In this document: positions 1 to 12,254 of the stretch, piece by piece
Position numbering within the stretch: the stretch's first letter is position 1
Layout of the letters: each line of letters opens with the position of its first letter
NCBI GenBank assembly: GCA_043228905.1
Contig: JBHGNT010000002.1
Span: 13,392,001 to 13,456,000 of the forward strand
From: Azolla caroliniana
Lineage: Eukaryota; Plantae; Polypodiophyta
Direction: 5' to 3'
DNA: 64,000 nucleotides
The notes under the pieces: model-generated
Seen by the model: only the letters and a program-made list of their open reading frames with translations
Database searches by the model: none
Told to the model about the DNA's origin: nothing
Position numbers and translations under genes: made by a program

Positions 1-1082
1 GGAAACTAAATGCAGCCACAATTACGGATGCATTCCCTCTTCCGTTCACGGATGGAGTACTGGATGCCGTCGCCGGCCATGAAGTTTATAGCTTTTTAGA
101 CGGGTTCAACGGATACAATCAAATCCGGATGCACCCTGACGACCAGGAGAAGACAGCGTTCGTCACCGAATGAGGGGTGTTTGTGGCCGTAGTAATGATG
201 TTCGGACTAAAAACGGCACCAACAACTTTCCAGCGAATCATCATGGAGATCTTCGGCGAATACATTCCAGCCTTCATGCAGGTTTTCCTGGATGACTTTG
301 CCGTCTATAGCCGGGAAAAAGACCATTTGCAGTACCTACGGTTATGCCTTGAAAAGTGTAGGTTATACCGGCTAAGCTTAAACCCAGCAAAATGCATCTT
401 TGGGGTGTCAAGTGGAATCTTACTGGGACACATTGTAAGTAAGGAGGGCATTGCGGTCGACCCGGACAAAGTAAACGCGATACTAGGGGCACCGGCGCCG
501 AAAACGGCCAAAGCACTAAGCCGATTCTTAGGACAGATCCGGTGGCACAGCCGGATGCTCCGTCACTTGGCTGACTTGGCTACACCATTACACACCGCGG
601 TACATCGGACACCGTTCCAATGGACAGATATGGAGGATAAGGCATACAATGCCCTGAAGGTACTTTTGTCGCAAGCACCCGTCGTGCAGCCTCCGGATTG
701 GAGCAGGGAATTTCATGTGTTCGTTGACGCTTCCGACATCGCTATCGGCAGCGCCTTAATGCAACTTACGGAGCCTAAATGGTACCGGCCGGTATATTAC
801 GCCAGCCGGAAGCTGTCCCAAGCGGAGAAGAACTATTCGACGACGGAACGGGAGGTCCTGGGCATGATCTACAGTGTCACAAAGTTTCGGCATTACCTAT
901 TGGGAAGGAAGTTCTATAAAGGACCGATGCCAAGTAACCCGTTTATGCAGCCCACCGGCACTATACCGGGAACGGTACGGATGGAAGAAAAAGACGACGG
1001 GGAACCCATAGCAGAGGCGAAGGAAGACACGGCAACCCGTAAGGAAAACGGTAAGGGTCCGAAGGGACCTACGGATGTGTAA
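1..1082 (+). pseudogene. A1 pol remnant: RT + RNase H, integrase deleted
   Basis: FLDD and FVDASD...YYASRKL motifs; TGA at 171-173 where A2 has TGG; LLGRKF joins directly to YKGPMP, the C-terminal tail of A2 pol. Confidence 0.9.
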
Positions 1083-1099
1083 GATCACATACCGTCATT

Positions 1100-1102
1100 A
1101 AA

Positions 1103-1134
<32 letters not shown>

Positions 1135-1146
1135 AGAAAAAGAAAT
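1100..1146 (+). repeat. Poly-A / A-rich tract between pol and the extra ORF
   Basis: A-run with sparse G. Equivalent tract in A2 (about 20678-20726) and as poly-T in minus-strand A3 (about 33119-33129). Confidence 0.85.
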
Positions 1147-1472
1147 CATTAAAAATCGAGGTATGAACGGACGTGAAAGCAAGGAGCGAAAAGGTACGTA
1201 GTGGGCATTTAAGAGCCGCCACATCACTTAATACTAATTTGGTACACGACGTGCGCATGCTCGAAAAAGGCGCCAAGACGCACAGAGAAAAAGCAGAACG
1301 CATGGAGACCTTTTCATTTCGCGAGCCAAGAAGCACAGAAGCACCAAGGCGGTGGAAGCTTAGCAAACGCGAACTTGCACTCAGAGAACCCCCACGTTCG
1401 GAACTCTCTCTCTCTCGCTCTCACTCTCATCACCACTCTACCTCGCCATCTTTCCTCGACCTCGAAGCAGAC

Positions 1473-4115
1473 ATGGACCCACAAACGCCGTCGGAAGCGG
1501 CCAGGAAATGGCTCGGGCAACACGGACTGGATGGGTTCTTGACAATCATGGAGGCACCACCGCACAAAGAAGCCGACCAGGTCATCAAGGAGCTCGACAA
1601 AGAAGTCATCACCGAGGAAGCAATCCGTGCGCTAATAGGCCTTCCGGAGGGAGGTATTTTTCAGATCGATAACCCAACCTCGGAGCAACTCATCCGATAT
1701 TTCGGTGAGTACTCTGTAGCCGACAAAGGCTATCGAACGCAGGGCGGCGAAGATCCGCTATTCAGGGAGATAGCTCGAGTGCTCCATGAGTACGGCCACG
1801 TGTACCCCCGACCCCCTGTCATGCCAAAAAATCGGGCAGGGATGATCATAGCCACCTATGAAGGGATCAAGGTGGATTGGCCGGTGTTGATTGCAGAGGG
1901 TTTGTGCGCGGCAATCGACACAGTACGAGGAAAGGACGGCAAGGAGGGCCGGAAGCTGTGGCATGCCGTAGCTCAGTGGATAACATTGCTCGCGCCGCCG
2001 GTCGAGACCGTCCAGCCAAAGAAGCGGCCAAGATTATCGGAAGGAAGCACCTCGAAACCCGCGTCCAAACGACAGCAGCTGCTGGCGTCGAAGGCGACGA
2101 AAGGGAAGAAACGGCTCCCAGAACCGGAGGAGGTGTCACCGGTCTGACCCGTTAAGATAACCATACGGCGACCGGGACAGAAGGAACCGGAACCCTTGAC
2201 GGCACAGAAACATGCCGTTACCCAGGAAGAGGAAACGGAGGAGCCAGAAGAGCACCTCCAACGACGGTCAAGAAGTAGGACCGCCGGGACAGCGGGGGAG
2301 CGTTCGGACCCGCAAAAGGAAGAAACGCCCCCAACTCAACCTGAGCAAACCACAAGGGAGGAACCGGAACCGGTGCGTATAGAACCGGCCTTGTCGACTT
2401 CTATACAAGAAGTCATTCCAACGGCTCCAGAGACGGCGAGAACCGGAACTCAACAGCCGGCGAGCCCAGCCAGCACACACGGCGGCCAAGGAGTAGAACG
2501 AGAACGGCAGATACAGGCACTCAGGCCAGACAATTCCACAGTGAACGAGCCGACCCGACCAGTACAGCAGCAAGGCACCAGTAGCATGTGGCTACGGTGG
2601 GTAGGCGAGCAGATCGCCGGAGCGGTCGAGTACATAGAGGCGGAGGAGAGAGCGCACCACGAACGGTTGCTCGTCACAACCGTAGATCTAGAGACGGCCC
2701 GGTCCAGAATCCGAAGCCTTGAACAAGACTTGGACAGGGTCACAAGGGAAATGGCTCAATTGGCTTTGACAACACAAGTCCAAGCACCGGTGTCTCCGGG
2801 CAATGTACAGAATAAAGCGTCAGATCAACCTGTACATAGCAATCAGACCCCAGCAACGGAAACCGTTCCGGAGAGAAATGCGGCACAAGCCCAAGAGCTT
2901 GCGGACTTAAAGGATGAGCTAGCTGCCCAAGAAGCGCTGAGGAGCCGCGAAAGAGAGTTGAAGACGGCAGCGGAGGCAGAACTCAAAAAGACTGCTGAGA
3001 AGCTACGCTGGGCCGAGGAGAGCTTACGGAAAGGCCACCAAGCGTACGACCGGCTCAAGGAGGAGAAGGAGAAAATGCTGCAAGAGAAGGACAGGATCCG
3101 GAGAAACGCCGAAACAGAAGTAGAGCGCCTGAAAGAGGAACTCCGGCAGCTAAAGGACTGGGAGGACCGGAACCATTGCCAGATCAACGGCAAGCTCAAA
3201 CAAAAAACGGAGGAATTTGAGCACTTGCACCGGGAGTATAAACGGTTGCAAACGGAGCACAAGGAACGGACGGATGAGCTCCGGCAAGCAGTTGATCGGA
3301 CCGCAACGGCATACGCTAATGAACAAGCGGAAACCAGAAGACGGTTGGAAGAGGCGGAGAAGGTTCGGACAGAGCTCCTCAGGCAACAGCAGGCGGAAAA
3401 AGAAAGAGCGGCGGAGGTACTACAGAGGCTGCAGACAACATATCAAGGGCAGTTGACGCGCTACAGAGAGCAGGCGGAGGATACGGCTAATCTCATCAAG
3501 CAGTTGAAGGAGGAACGACAAGTTGTGGAAAGTAGAGCGCAAATGGGAGCAAGTCGCATCCAGGATATCATGCGGGCCTGGTTGAACCAGACCAAGAGCT
3601 TGATTGACAACGGTTCTGTCAAATGGTGGACCAAGTGGGCCACGAACGCGGCGGAGCTCCAATTGCTCCGGGCCGATGTAGAGAACCGGCGGAAGGAGGG
3701 AGATGATTGCTATATGCTGACTTCCGAAGACTTCACCGGCATAAGAGATGAGCTGGCCAAAGACTTTCAAGCCTTGGCAGAGGACCAACTAGCTCAGTTG
3801 GACGACGACAGGCTGGAGGCGCAGATCCAGTTTGAAAGCTACGAGAGGTCCCGGATCCGGGAAGAGAAAGCGCGAGAACCAGTAACGGTCAACCTCAGTG
3901 ATGAGGAACCGTTACTGGAAGGAGACCGGACCGGAAGCAGTCAAACGGGGATGCCGGAGTCAGAGAAACAAACGGAGCAGCCGCCTATAGAGCAGCCGGA
4001 GCAGTCTCAGTCCCAACCGCAACCGCAGCAGCAAGCACAACCGCAACAACCACAACCGGAAGAACAATTGGAAACCCTGGAACAAAGTATTTTGGACAAG
4101 TTGGGTGAACAATGA
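1473..4115 (+). pseudogene. A1 3' extra ORF (about 880 codons): globular N-terminus, low-complexity linker, long coiled coil
   Basis: ORFs 1173..2147 and 2196..4115 are in the same frame, separated by one TGA (2145-2147) that is CGA in A2 (27398-27400). Likely ATG at 1473 (MDPQTP). E/R/K/Q-rich heptad-like region. Confidence 0.8.
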
Positions 4116-4127
4116 AGGGGCCGAGAA

Positions 4128-4165
4128 GGGTTCGACGTACAAGGTACTGTCCCACGAGCGTGCCA
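4128..4165 (+). other. tRNA-3'-end-like sequence (inverted PBS) at the expected PPT position of A1
   Basis: GGGTTCGA-[CGTACAAGGTACT]-GTCCCACGAGCGTGCCA, ending 2 nt before the LTR; no purine tract abuts the LTR. Confidence 0.7.
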
Positions 4166-4167
4166 TG

Positions 4168-4586
4168 TGTTACCGGCCGGCAAGGAGTCCAAAATACGGA
4201 GTGAAGGAATTAATTAAGAATGGTTGTAAATAAGCATAGTGTGGACGGACGGACTGGAAACGGTATGCCGTTCCAGATCCGGACGGATCCCGAATAGGTG
4301 CGATAGGCACCGTTTTGTACTACGGGCCGGAAACCTATTTAAAGGCCCGGACCCCATTGTAATCGCAGCGGATAATTAATAGAGCGTATGGTGTTTATAC
4401 TTCTGTGTTGATTTCCGTTCTGTACTTACTGTTATATCTTACGCGTGTAATTAACAATAGCGCTCTAATCGTGTAACCTACTTAAGTCGGTGTAATCGTT
4501 GAGTCATAATCCTATGCCGTAATCACCCTTTGGTGAAGTGTCTCTGTGACACCTTGTGTTAGGCCTTGTCCGGTCAGAGAATAACA
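4168..4586 (+). repeat. A1 3' LTR (419 bp)
   Basis: TGTTA...TAACA termini; aligns end to end with 15082-15500. Confidence 0.93.
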
Positions 4587-5832
4587 AAGACCTCTTCTTC
4601 TAGATCACCTTGAAGAAATGCATTCTTCTCGTCCATTTGGTGAAGATGCCACCTCCTTGCTGCAACAACCGCCAACACCACATGAAACGAAGTCATCTTC
4701 GCTACCGGAGCAAAGGTCTCGTTGTTGTCAATTTTGTGGGTTTGCGCGTATCCCTTCACCACTAACCGGGCCTTGTACCGGTGAACCGAACCATCGACAT
4801 TGTACTTTATCTTGTACACCCACTTACATCTGATCGGTTTACAATGTTAGGGAGGGTCAACTAGGTCCCATGTGTCGTTGGCATCAAGTGCCCGCATTTC
4901 TTCCTCCATAGCGGCACGCTAATTTGCGTCCCTTGCCGCTTCTGGGTAGCTCTCTGGCTCACGCACTTCTGTCACCTTGCTGCGCCATGTACTCATTGTA
5001 CCCGTACTGGTTCACGGGGTTCTTCTAGCAGGAAGACCGGTGTAGCTTATCGTAACCCGGTTTGAGGCCCTTCTTGGCAGGTGTAGTCTTTATTGCCGAA
5101 GATCCACCTTCATCCTTTCTGGAGTCAGATTCGCTCCAATCCGACTTAGCGTTGCCGGTTTCGTATCCCAACATCTTCTTCTTCCCATTCTCTTTGCGTG
5201 TGAACCGTCTCCTCGGTTCCTTGCACGAGGAGAGCACGACAGAGTCTCCATTACTCGTCGGTTCCTCATCCCGACTGGTCATCCCGATTCAGCCACTCAT
5301 TCGGTCCACTTAGCCGGAATGAGATCGGACTCTCTTCTAGAGTGCCGACGTCTTCATCTTCTAATTGGACCGGTTCAGGCACGCTAGCCTCATCCTCTGG
5401 TATCGGGTCGGGGTCAGAAGTCGGAGCTGGTAAGGCATACCATGATGTCGTCTCATCAAACTCAACATCTCGGCTAGCTCGAACCTGCTTGGTCTGGGGG
5501 TTATAACATTTATACCCGTTTTGCTCATGTGAGTAACCGACCAAGATGCATTTCTCCGACTTTGCATCCAACTTCCTCCGCTTCACATCCGACACATGTA
5601 CATATGCAATGCTACTGAATATCCGAAGGTGTCTCAAATTCGGCTTGCGTCCGAAATACAGCTCATGCGCGGACACCTTGTCACTGATCCGGTTTTGGGA
5701 TGTAGACGGCCGTCTAGACCGCCTCCGCCCAGTAGAAATGGGGCATGCTCTTCTCCTCCAGCATTGCCCTTGCCGCGTCGACAATTGACCGGTTCTTCCT
5801 TTCAGCCACATCATTTTTCTCCAGTGTGTATC
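4587..5832 (-). mobile_element. Ty1/Copia fragment C1 (integrase C-terminus to RT N-terminus); left part of the C1+C3 element
   Basis: AYVHV...[24 protein letters not shown] and [13 protein letters not shown] motifs; collinear with C4. Confidence 0.88.
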
Positions 5833-6271
5833 TGTTGAGAGACAAGCTCAACATCGGCCGGATCGGCTGAGCAAGCCGAGGACCAAATCAGTTAGGCCGG
5901 ACCGATGCATAAAACGGATGCGTAAACTGGTACGCAAACCGGTGCGTAGGAAGGCCGTATCAGTGCGTACACCGAAAGGCCGTTAGAAAGATATTCCTCG
6001 TAAGGAATAGTTTCGGGAGTAAGAGTCGAGGCTCATTTATGAGCAGTCAAGTACTATCAGTATTTGTGCCAACCCGATTGTCAGGGCTTGTGTAAAAGTG
6101 CTCACTGAGCACATCCTATGTACTGATTGAGTATTATTTTTTGAATTAAGTTCTTGTGTTTACTCTCTCTCTGTCTCTCTTGTGCGTACTGTGCAAACCT
6201 AAGCTTTCCATTAAACCTACGTTTTCTGTTGTTCGGTTTTTCTATATTGCTTCCGCACGCCATTCTTTTCA
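5833..6271 (+). repeat. C2 5' LTR
   Basis: TGTTGAGAGACAAGCTCAAC...TTTCA followed directly by the PBS; similar to 30094-30344. Confidence 0.88.
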
Positions 6272-6283
6272 TGGTATCAGAGC
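6272..6283 (+). other. PBS (initiator tRNA-Met) of C2
   Basis: TGGTATCAGAGC directly after the LTR. Confidence 0.92.
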
Positions 6284-6349
6284 ACGAGGGTTGAGAACCT
6301 CTACAGCCGACTTTGCTTGAAGGAAAAACCAACGAAGAAGAACAAGAAA

Positions 6350-7958
6350 ACCGACGGAGAAACTTGATAGAAACAACTACGCGTCTTGGTCTTACAAGAT
6401 GCACCAGTACCTGCTTGGACATGGTTATTGGAGCTATGTCAATGGTACAAATGACACAACACCCGATTCGACACACAAAGACTTCTCGGCGTGGGAACAA
6501 TCGGCGAGCAGAGTGTTGTATTGCTTCGCGTCTTGTGTGGGCGAACAACTATTAAGCTACGTTCGGGATGCAAAAATGCCAAAGGATGCGTGGGAAAATC
6601 TAAAGAAGATTTTCGCCGTGAGCACCATAGCTAGGAAGCTTCAGCTCTGACATGAGTTGAGCAACCTACAACAACGCGATTTGTCGGTGGCTGACTATAC
6701 CTCGAAGATCAAGGACATATGCGACTCCTTAGCTTCCATCGATATGAACATCAAGGAAAGCGAGATGGTCCAGGTCTGTCTCGGGGGTTTGGCGTCAAAG
6801 TTCAGTGCGTTCCGAACTGCTGTGTGTACCCGGGAGAATACGCCGTCCTTTTGCGACTTACAGTCGATGCTCCTGGTAGAGGAGAACCACGCGGGTGCGT
6901 CAATGAGCATGCACACCGACATCAAGATGTTGTACAGGGAGGGAGATAGGCCCCGTGGTCGTGGCGGACGAGGCGAGTCGGTACGCAATGGAGGCGGCCG
7001 ACGGGATCAAGGAAGAAGGCACCAAAGCGATGCCGACAACAATTCTGGACCTTCCGGTAACAGGGGGAGTCGAGGTGACGAGAACCGGCAAGGGAAATCT
7101 GCTGCGGAATGCTGGTACTGTGGCAAGAAAGGCCACAAGGAGAGCGAGTGCTGGAAAAAGCGTGCTGAGTCGGAGAGGACCGGATTCGAATCCGGTTCCG
7201 GACATACCGACAAAGGAAACCGACAGCGATCGCACTACGCCGAAGGATCCTGAAAAGCCGGAAAAGGGTCAGTCTTCGTGACCAAACACGAAACAAACTC
7301 AATGAAGAAGATCACCCCGAAGTCGGCGGAGGTGTGATACGTCAACTCCGGCGCGTCAAACCACATGACGTGCCACGAGGAGTGATTCTCATACCTTGAG
7401 AAACCGACGCAACCAAGAGTAGTTGCATTCGGAGACGACACTCCGCATCTGATTGCGAATGTTGATGAAGTTCCCTTGAGCCATGTCGGGCAGAAAGGGA
7501 AACTTATGAACATGTTACACATCCCGACCATCACGAAGAATTTGGTGTCGGTCAGGCAGATCGTCGACCAGGGGATGCAGGTTCGGTTTACACACCTCGG
7601 GTGTTTCATTGAGGAAGAAGGCCCTATTATTGCGCAAGGGTGTAGAGATGGGAGGATGTTCATCCTCGACTCTACTGACGGTGGCACCGCAATGTTCGCG
7701 AAGGGACAAAAAGTCGAGTTGGACATCGACTTATGGCACAAGCGGGTAGGCCACGTCAACTACCAGCAGCTTCAAGACCTACAATCAAAACAAGTGGTGC
7801 TTGGATTGCCCAAATTTAGTGGCCGGAAGGCACAAATTTGTGACGCCTGGCAGCTTGGGAAGCAACACCGACTTCCCTTCCCCAACGAGCGTAACCGGAG
7901 CTGGAACAAGCTCAACGTGATACACTCCGATGTGTGGGGGCCGGCACAAAACCTTAGT
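6350..7958 (+). pseudogene. C2 gag - protease - GAG-pre-integrase - integrase N-terminus
   Basis: CWYCGKKGHKESEC zinc knuckle, degenerate WYVDSGAS, LWHKRVGH, HSDVWGP; several stop codons. Confidence 0.87.
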
Positions 7959-8414
7959 TATTATAGATCTAGGTACTAAAGTAAGCTTAAGATAAGGATA
8001 AACTAATGATAGATAGAAAGGAGAAAGAGAAAGAAGGGTGTTGATCCACCCGGCCACCCCCGAGCGAAGGGATTGAGACGGACACGAGCCTCGATCGGTG
8101 TCCCATACCACTGCCGTGGCGTCGAGTCATACATGGTGCCGGCGCGCTCGCTACAAGAGTTGACCCACCACAAGAGCAGAGTCTCGATGTAGTAAAAAAG
8201 ATGATCAAATGAGGGTAGCTAGGCCTCTTATTTATAGCGATACCCAAGGCCCCCATGCAAGTTCACACTTGACCTAATGGGTTGTCTCAATCTCGAGGAT
8301 TAAAAGTAATCCTCCCCTTCTTTACACTCTCGTTTAACCCTCACACTTATCCACGTGTATAGAATACTACGGTAAATTCTCACCATGAGATATTAAATGG
8401 TCATGCCCGTAACA
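7959..8414 (-). repeat. D 3' LTR (distal end truncated)
   Basis: Ends ...CCCGTAACA next to a minus-strand PPT (plus strand TACTCCCCTTCTTT). Confidence 0.7.
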
Positions 8415-8426
8415 TACTCCCCTTCT

Positions 8427-11400
8427 TTAAAACATTGCACTCTTGCAATGGAAAGTTAGGTAAGTTTGTTCGTAGAGTATTCTCGCGTTCCCATGTGGCA
8501 TCTTTGATAGATTTGTCCATCCATTTAATTTTAAATTGTCGGATTTCTTTAGTATGATTTTTTTTGTTTTAACATCGAGAATTCTTTCTCGTACATGTGG
8601 TTTCGAAGATAATTCTTCAGAAGTAACCAGAGTTTTAGTTGTAACTATGTTGTCGCCAGAACCTAGAAGTTCTTTTAGACTCACATGGAAGACTGGATGA
8701 ATTCCAACACCATCGGGAAGAGCAAGACGATAGGCTGATGGCCCAATGCGTTTGAGGACTGTCAAAGGTCCACAAAACCGCGGGGCTAACTTAGCGCACT
8801 TACCCGTAGACAATGTCTTAGAATTGTGAGGTACACATAAAAATACCTTCTGTCCAGGGTTGAATACACGAGGTTTCCTATGATGGTCGGCAATATGCAA
8901 TATGCAACATATCTTGCATATCCCAAAGAAAGTTTTGCGTACTTCGCAACTCATCATGATGTATATTAACATCAATCAGGGCTCGTGGCTGAAAACCATA
9001 CATCAACATAAAAGGACTATATCCCGTCGACGTATGCTTGGAGCTGTTATAAGCAAACTCCAAAATTGGGAGATAACGTTCCCATTTGGTTGGTTTTGAA
9101 CCAACGTATGCTCGAAGCATGTCCTCAATAATTTGATTTACTCGTTCTGTCTGTCCATCGGATTGAGGATGATCCGTGGAGCTCATGCTCAACATAGTTT
9201 CTAACTTCTTAAAGACTTGCGTCCAGAAGTCACTAGTAAACTTTGGATCTCGATCACTCATGATATCCATCAGTAACCCATAAAAACGAAATAATTCGTC
9301 AACGAATTGGTAAGCCAATTCAGGAGTTGTTACCGTGGTTTTAGTAGCAATAAATCTGGCCATTTTAGTTAGTCGATCAACGACAACCCAAATGGCATCA
9401 TGACCTTTTTGGGTGCGAGGAAGGCTAACAATAAAATCCATGGATATACTTTCCCACTTATTATTGGGAATGTCCAAGGGATGTAAAAATCCTGCGGCTT
9501 TAAGTCGCTCGGATTTGTTAACCTGACACTGGTGACATTTAGTCACATAGCTATGTATGTTAGGACACATCTTAGGCCAATAAAATTGAGTGGAGATGAG
9601 AACGAGTGTACGATGTATTCTAGGGTGCCCTGTTGAGGGTGCATCTTGGCATTCAAAAAGAATCCTCTTTTTGACATCGGGTAAATCTGGAACACAAACC
9701 TTCCCATTACGGTAGAGCAAACCGTTAGCAATGTGGAAGTATTCCTTTGAGGATGTGGTGGTGTCTGTTCCAGACTCAACTCTTGCCTAGTATTTTGCAA
9801 AATAACTGTCATCAGGATACTTTCCTCGAAGGTGATCATAAAGATCTGATGTTATTTCAGTGAAGCTAAGCATGTTAACTTCACGGATGCGACTTAGTGC
9901 ATCAGCGATAGTGTTCATGGAACCTTTACGATATCGTATGGAAAAATCAAAGTCCTGGATGAGATCAGCCCATCGTGCCTTACGACCTTTCAGGTCTTGT
10001 CGGTCACAAAAATATATCAAGGACTCGTGGTCCGTAGTTACCACAAAGCGATTTCCATAAAGATAATGGCACCATGTTTTGAGCACATGTATAACTGCAA
10101 ATAATTCGTTTTCTTGAACGGTATACCGACATTGAGCAGAATCAAGTTTCTTACTCTCGAATGCTATTGGTTTACCGTCTTGATACAAGACAACACCTAT
10201 AGCATAATCGCTTGCATCGGTTTCAACCTCAAAAGGTTTTGAAGGATCAGGTAAAAGAAGTGAAGGAGCCTTGCAAACCAGGTCCTTGAGTTCCTTAAAG
10301 GCGAGGTCTAGTGTAGCATTCCACACAATAGGTTTTGTAGACTTACGCGTTTGACCTTTTAAAAGATCAGTAAACGGCGTCGTCAATTGGGAGTAATTAC
10401 GAAGAGACTTTCGCAAAAACCCGACAAAACCAAGGAATGATCGAACTTCTCGAATATTCCGAAGAGTGGGCCAAAGCTTGATTTTCTCAGTGCGAGAAGG
10501 ATCAATTTCAACTCCTCGTTTGGTTATGAGATGTCCTAGATAAGTAATTGATTTCTTGAAGAACTCACATTTTCAGATCTTCGCATAAAACTGTTTGTCA
10601 TGCAATGTTTGTAAAACGAAGCGGACATGTCTAGCATGTTCTTTTAATGTACGGCTATAAACTAAAATATTATCCAAGAAAATAACGACAAATTTTCCAA
10701 GTTGTTCTCGGAAAATGTCATTCATTTCTGGTTAAAAAGTAGTCGGAGCATTGGTCAAATCAAAAGGCATAACCAAAAACTCGTAATGGCCATAACGCGT
10801 ACGAAATGCCTTTTTAGGAACATCGTCCTCACTTATTCGTATTTGATGGTAGCCAGTACGGAGATCAAGTTTCGTAAAATACCGAGCTCCCTGGAGTCGG
10901 TCAATTAGATCGTCAGCCCAGGGCAATGGGTACGAATTCTTGATCGTCACTTTATTCAAGCGTCGATAATTAATACACGTACCCCATGTGCCCTCTTTCT
11001 TTTTTACCAAGAGAACTGGTGCACTGCATGGAGATTTACTGTAACGTTTATAACCCATTCGTAAATAGTCCTTGAGTTGCTCAGATACCTCATCTTCTTC
11101 GGATTGACTTAAGCGATACGGAGGTATACTTATTGGTGCAACACCAGGTACAATATCTATACGATGGTCTATATTACATTTAGGAGGTAACCCATCAGGT
11201 AGTTCACTTGGAAAAACATCATGAAAATCATTTAAGATTTCATCAAGTTGTTGTTCAAAATATGTTAATTGAACCGGGACATTATCGATATTGTAAACGT
11301 GAATGTCCGGATCAAGTACACAATAAAATAACGTAGAACAAGATAACTCGGATTTTGATGAACACGAGGAAACAATTGAGAGGGATTGTTTTTTGATACA

Positions 11401-12138
11401 TTGAATAAAATGCGTACAATCGTTCAGTACAAAAGAAATGGAATGGCGAACCCAATCAATAAATAAAGAAGAGTTTTTATTATAAAACCAGGGATAACCC
11501 AGTATTACATCGGTGGTACAAAGATTCATTACATGGAAGTCTACTTCCTCTATATAAGTATCAATAGAAATTCCTAATGAATGAATCGCCCCGTTGATGC
11601 ATTGTACTCTTCCATCAGCCAAGTGCACCGTGTAGGTGTGGTCACTTACGGTGGGTTGGATTCCCCATATCTGAACCAAACGATCATTCACAAAATTGTG
11701 TGAGCTTCCCGAATCAAATAAAAATTGTACAGGAGATCCATTGATATACCTGTTTGCACGTAGCAAATCATTGGGACCCAATACATAGTGAGGGAAAGAA
11801 CATTGACAATTACTTAAATGATGTGTATAGACCTGGAGGACATTAGGAATCTGACCTTTATGGTCTGAAGCTTTAGATTTGCTGTCGTGCTCTTTCCGTT
11901 GGAGCTTTCGACACTGCTCTTTTGTGTGACCCTTCTTTTTGTAGAATACGCAAAAAGGATGTTGTCGCTTACAATCGCGATCCAGGAATTTGTTGGGTGT
12001 CTTGCGTTTCCCAACAAATTGCGACTGCTTAGTCCTGGGCGCTTCGTTGGGTTTGTTGTGGTCCTTCTTCGAAGTGCGTTGGTAGCGAAGAACTATTTCA
12101 ACGGACTCTTCGAAGGAGTTTGGATCCTTATCGTGCAC
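8427..12138 (-). pseudogene. D gag-pol polyprotein, fragmented
   Basis: ORFs 10732..12138, 9787..10416, 8878..9720 and 8427..8975 give PR-RT-RH-INT-chromodomain in order. Confidence 0.88.
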
Positions 12139-12254
12139 TATCTAGTGATAGTCTGAATTGGGGATGCCATTGACAAAACAAGCTATCAACCAATTGTCCC
12201 CTTCTAGACCCGATTTTTGTATTTGGGTTCTAGTATGGTGAACATAGTGTTCTA

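Larger units (their letters stand above)
1..4586 (+). mobile_element. Ty3/Gypsy non-chromovirus element A1 (5' part outside window), inserted into Copia C1
   Basis: RT and RNase H motifs, 3' extra ORF, 419-bp 3' LTR highly similar to the A2 LTRs; Copia RT sequence begins immediately after the LTR end ...AGAATAACA. Confidence 0.93.
7959..12250 (-). mobile_element. Truncated Ty3/Gypsy chromovirus D inside the C2 integrase
   Basis: Gag knuckle remnant, PR ([10 protein letters not shown]), RT, RH, INT (SMDFI, TDHPQSDGQTER), GPY/F-like motif and group-II-like chromodomain; PPT and partial 3' LTR; no 5' LTR or TSD seen. Confidence 0.87.

Noticed and set aside
1173-1472. N-terminal 100 aa of ORF 1173..2147
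   Set aside because: GTG start, runs through a CT-rich leader, and differs by compensating frameshifts in A2; the ATG at 1473 is preferred.
2196-4115. Host myosin/SMC-like gene or retroviral env
   Set aside because: Lies between pol and the LTR in several copies; no motor or ATPase motifs and no evident transmembrane helix.
4112-4130. GAAGGGGCCGAGAAGGG as a canonical PPT
   Set aside because: About 40 nt from the LTR and interrupted by CC; a canonical PPT abuts the LTR. Kept only as an alternative hypothesis.
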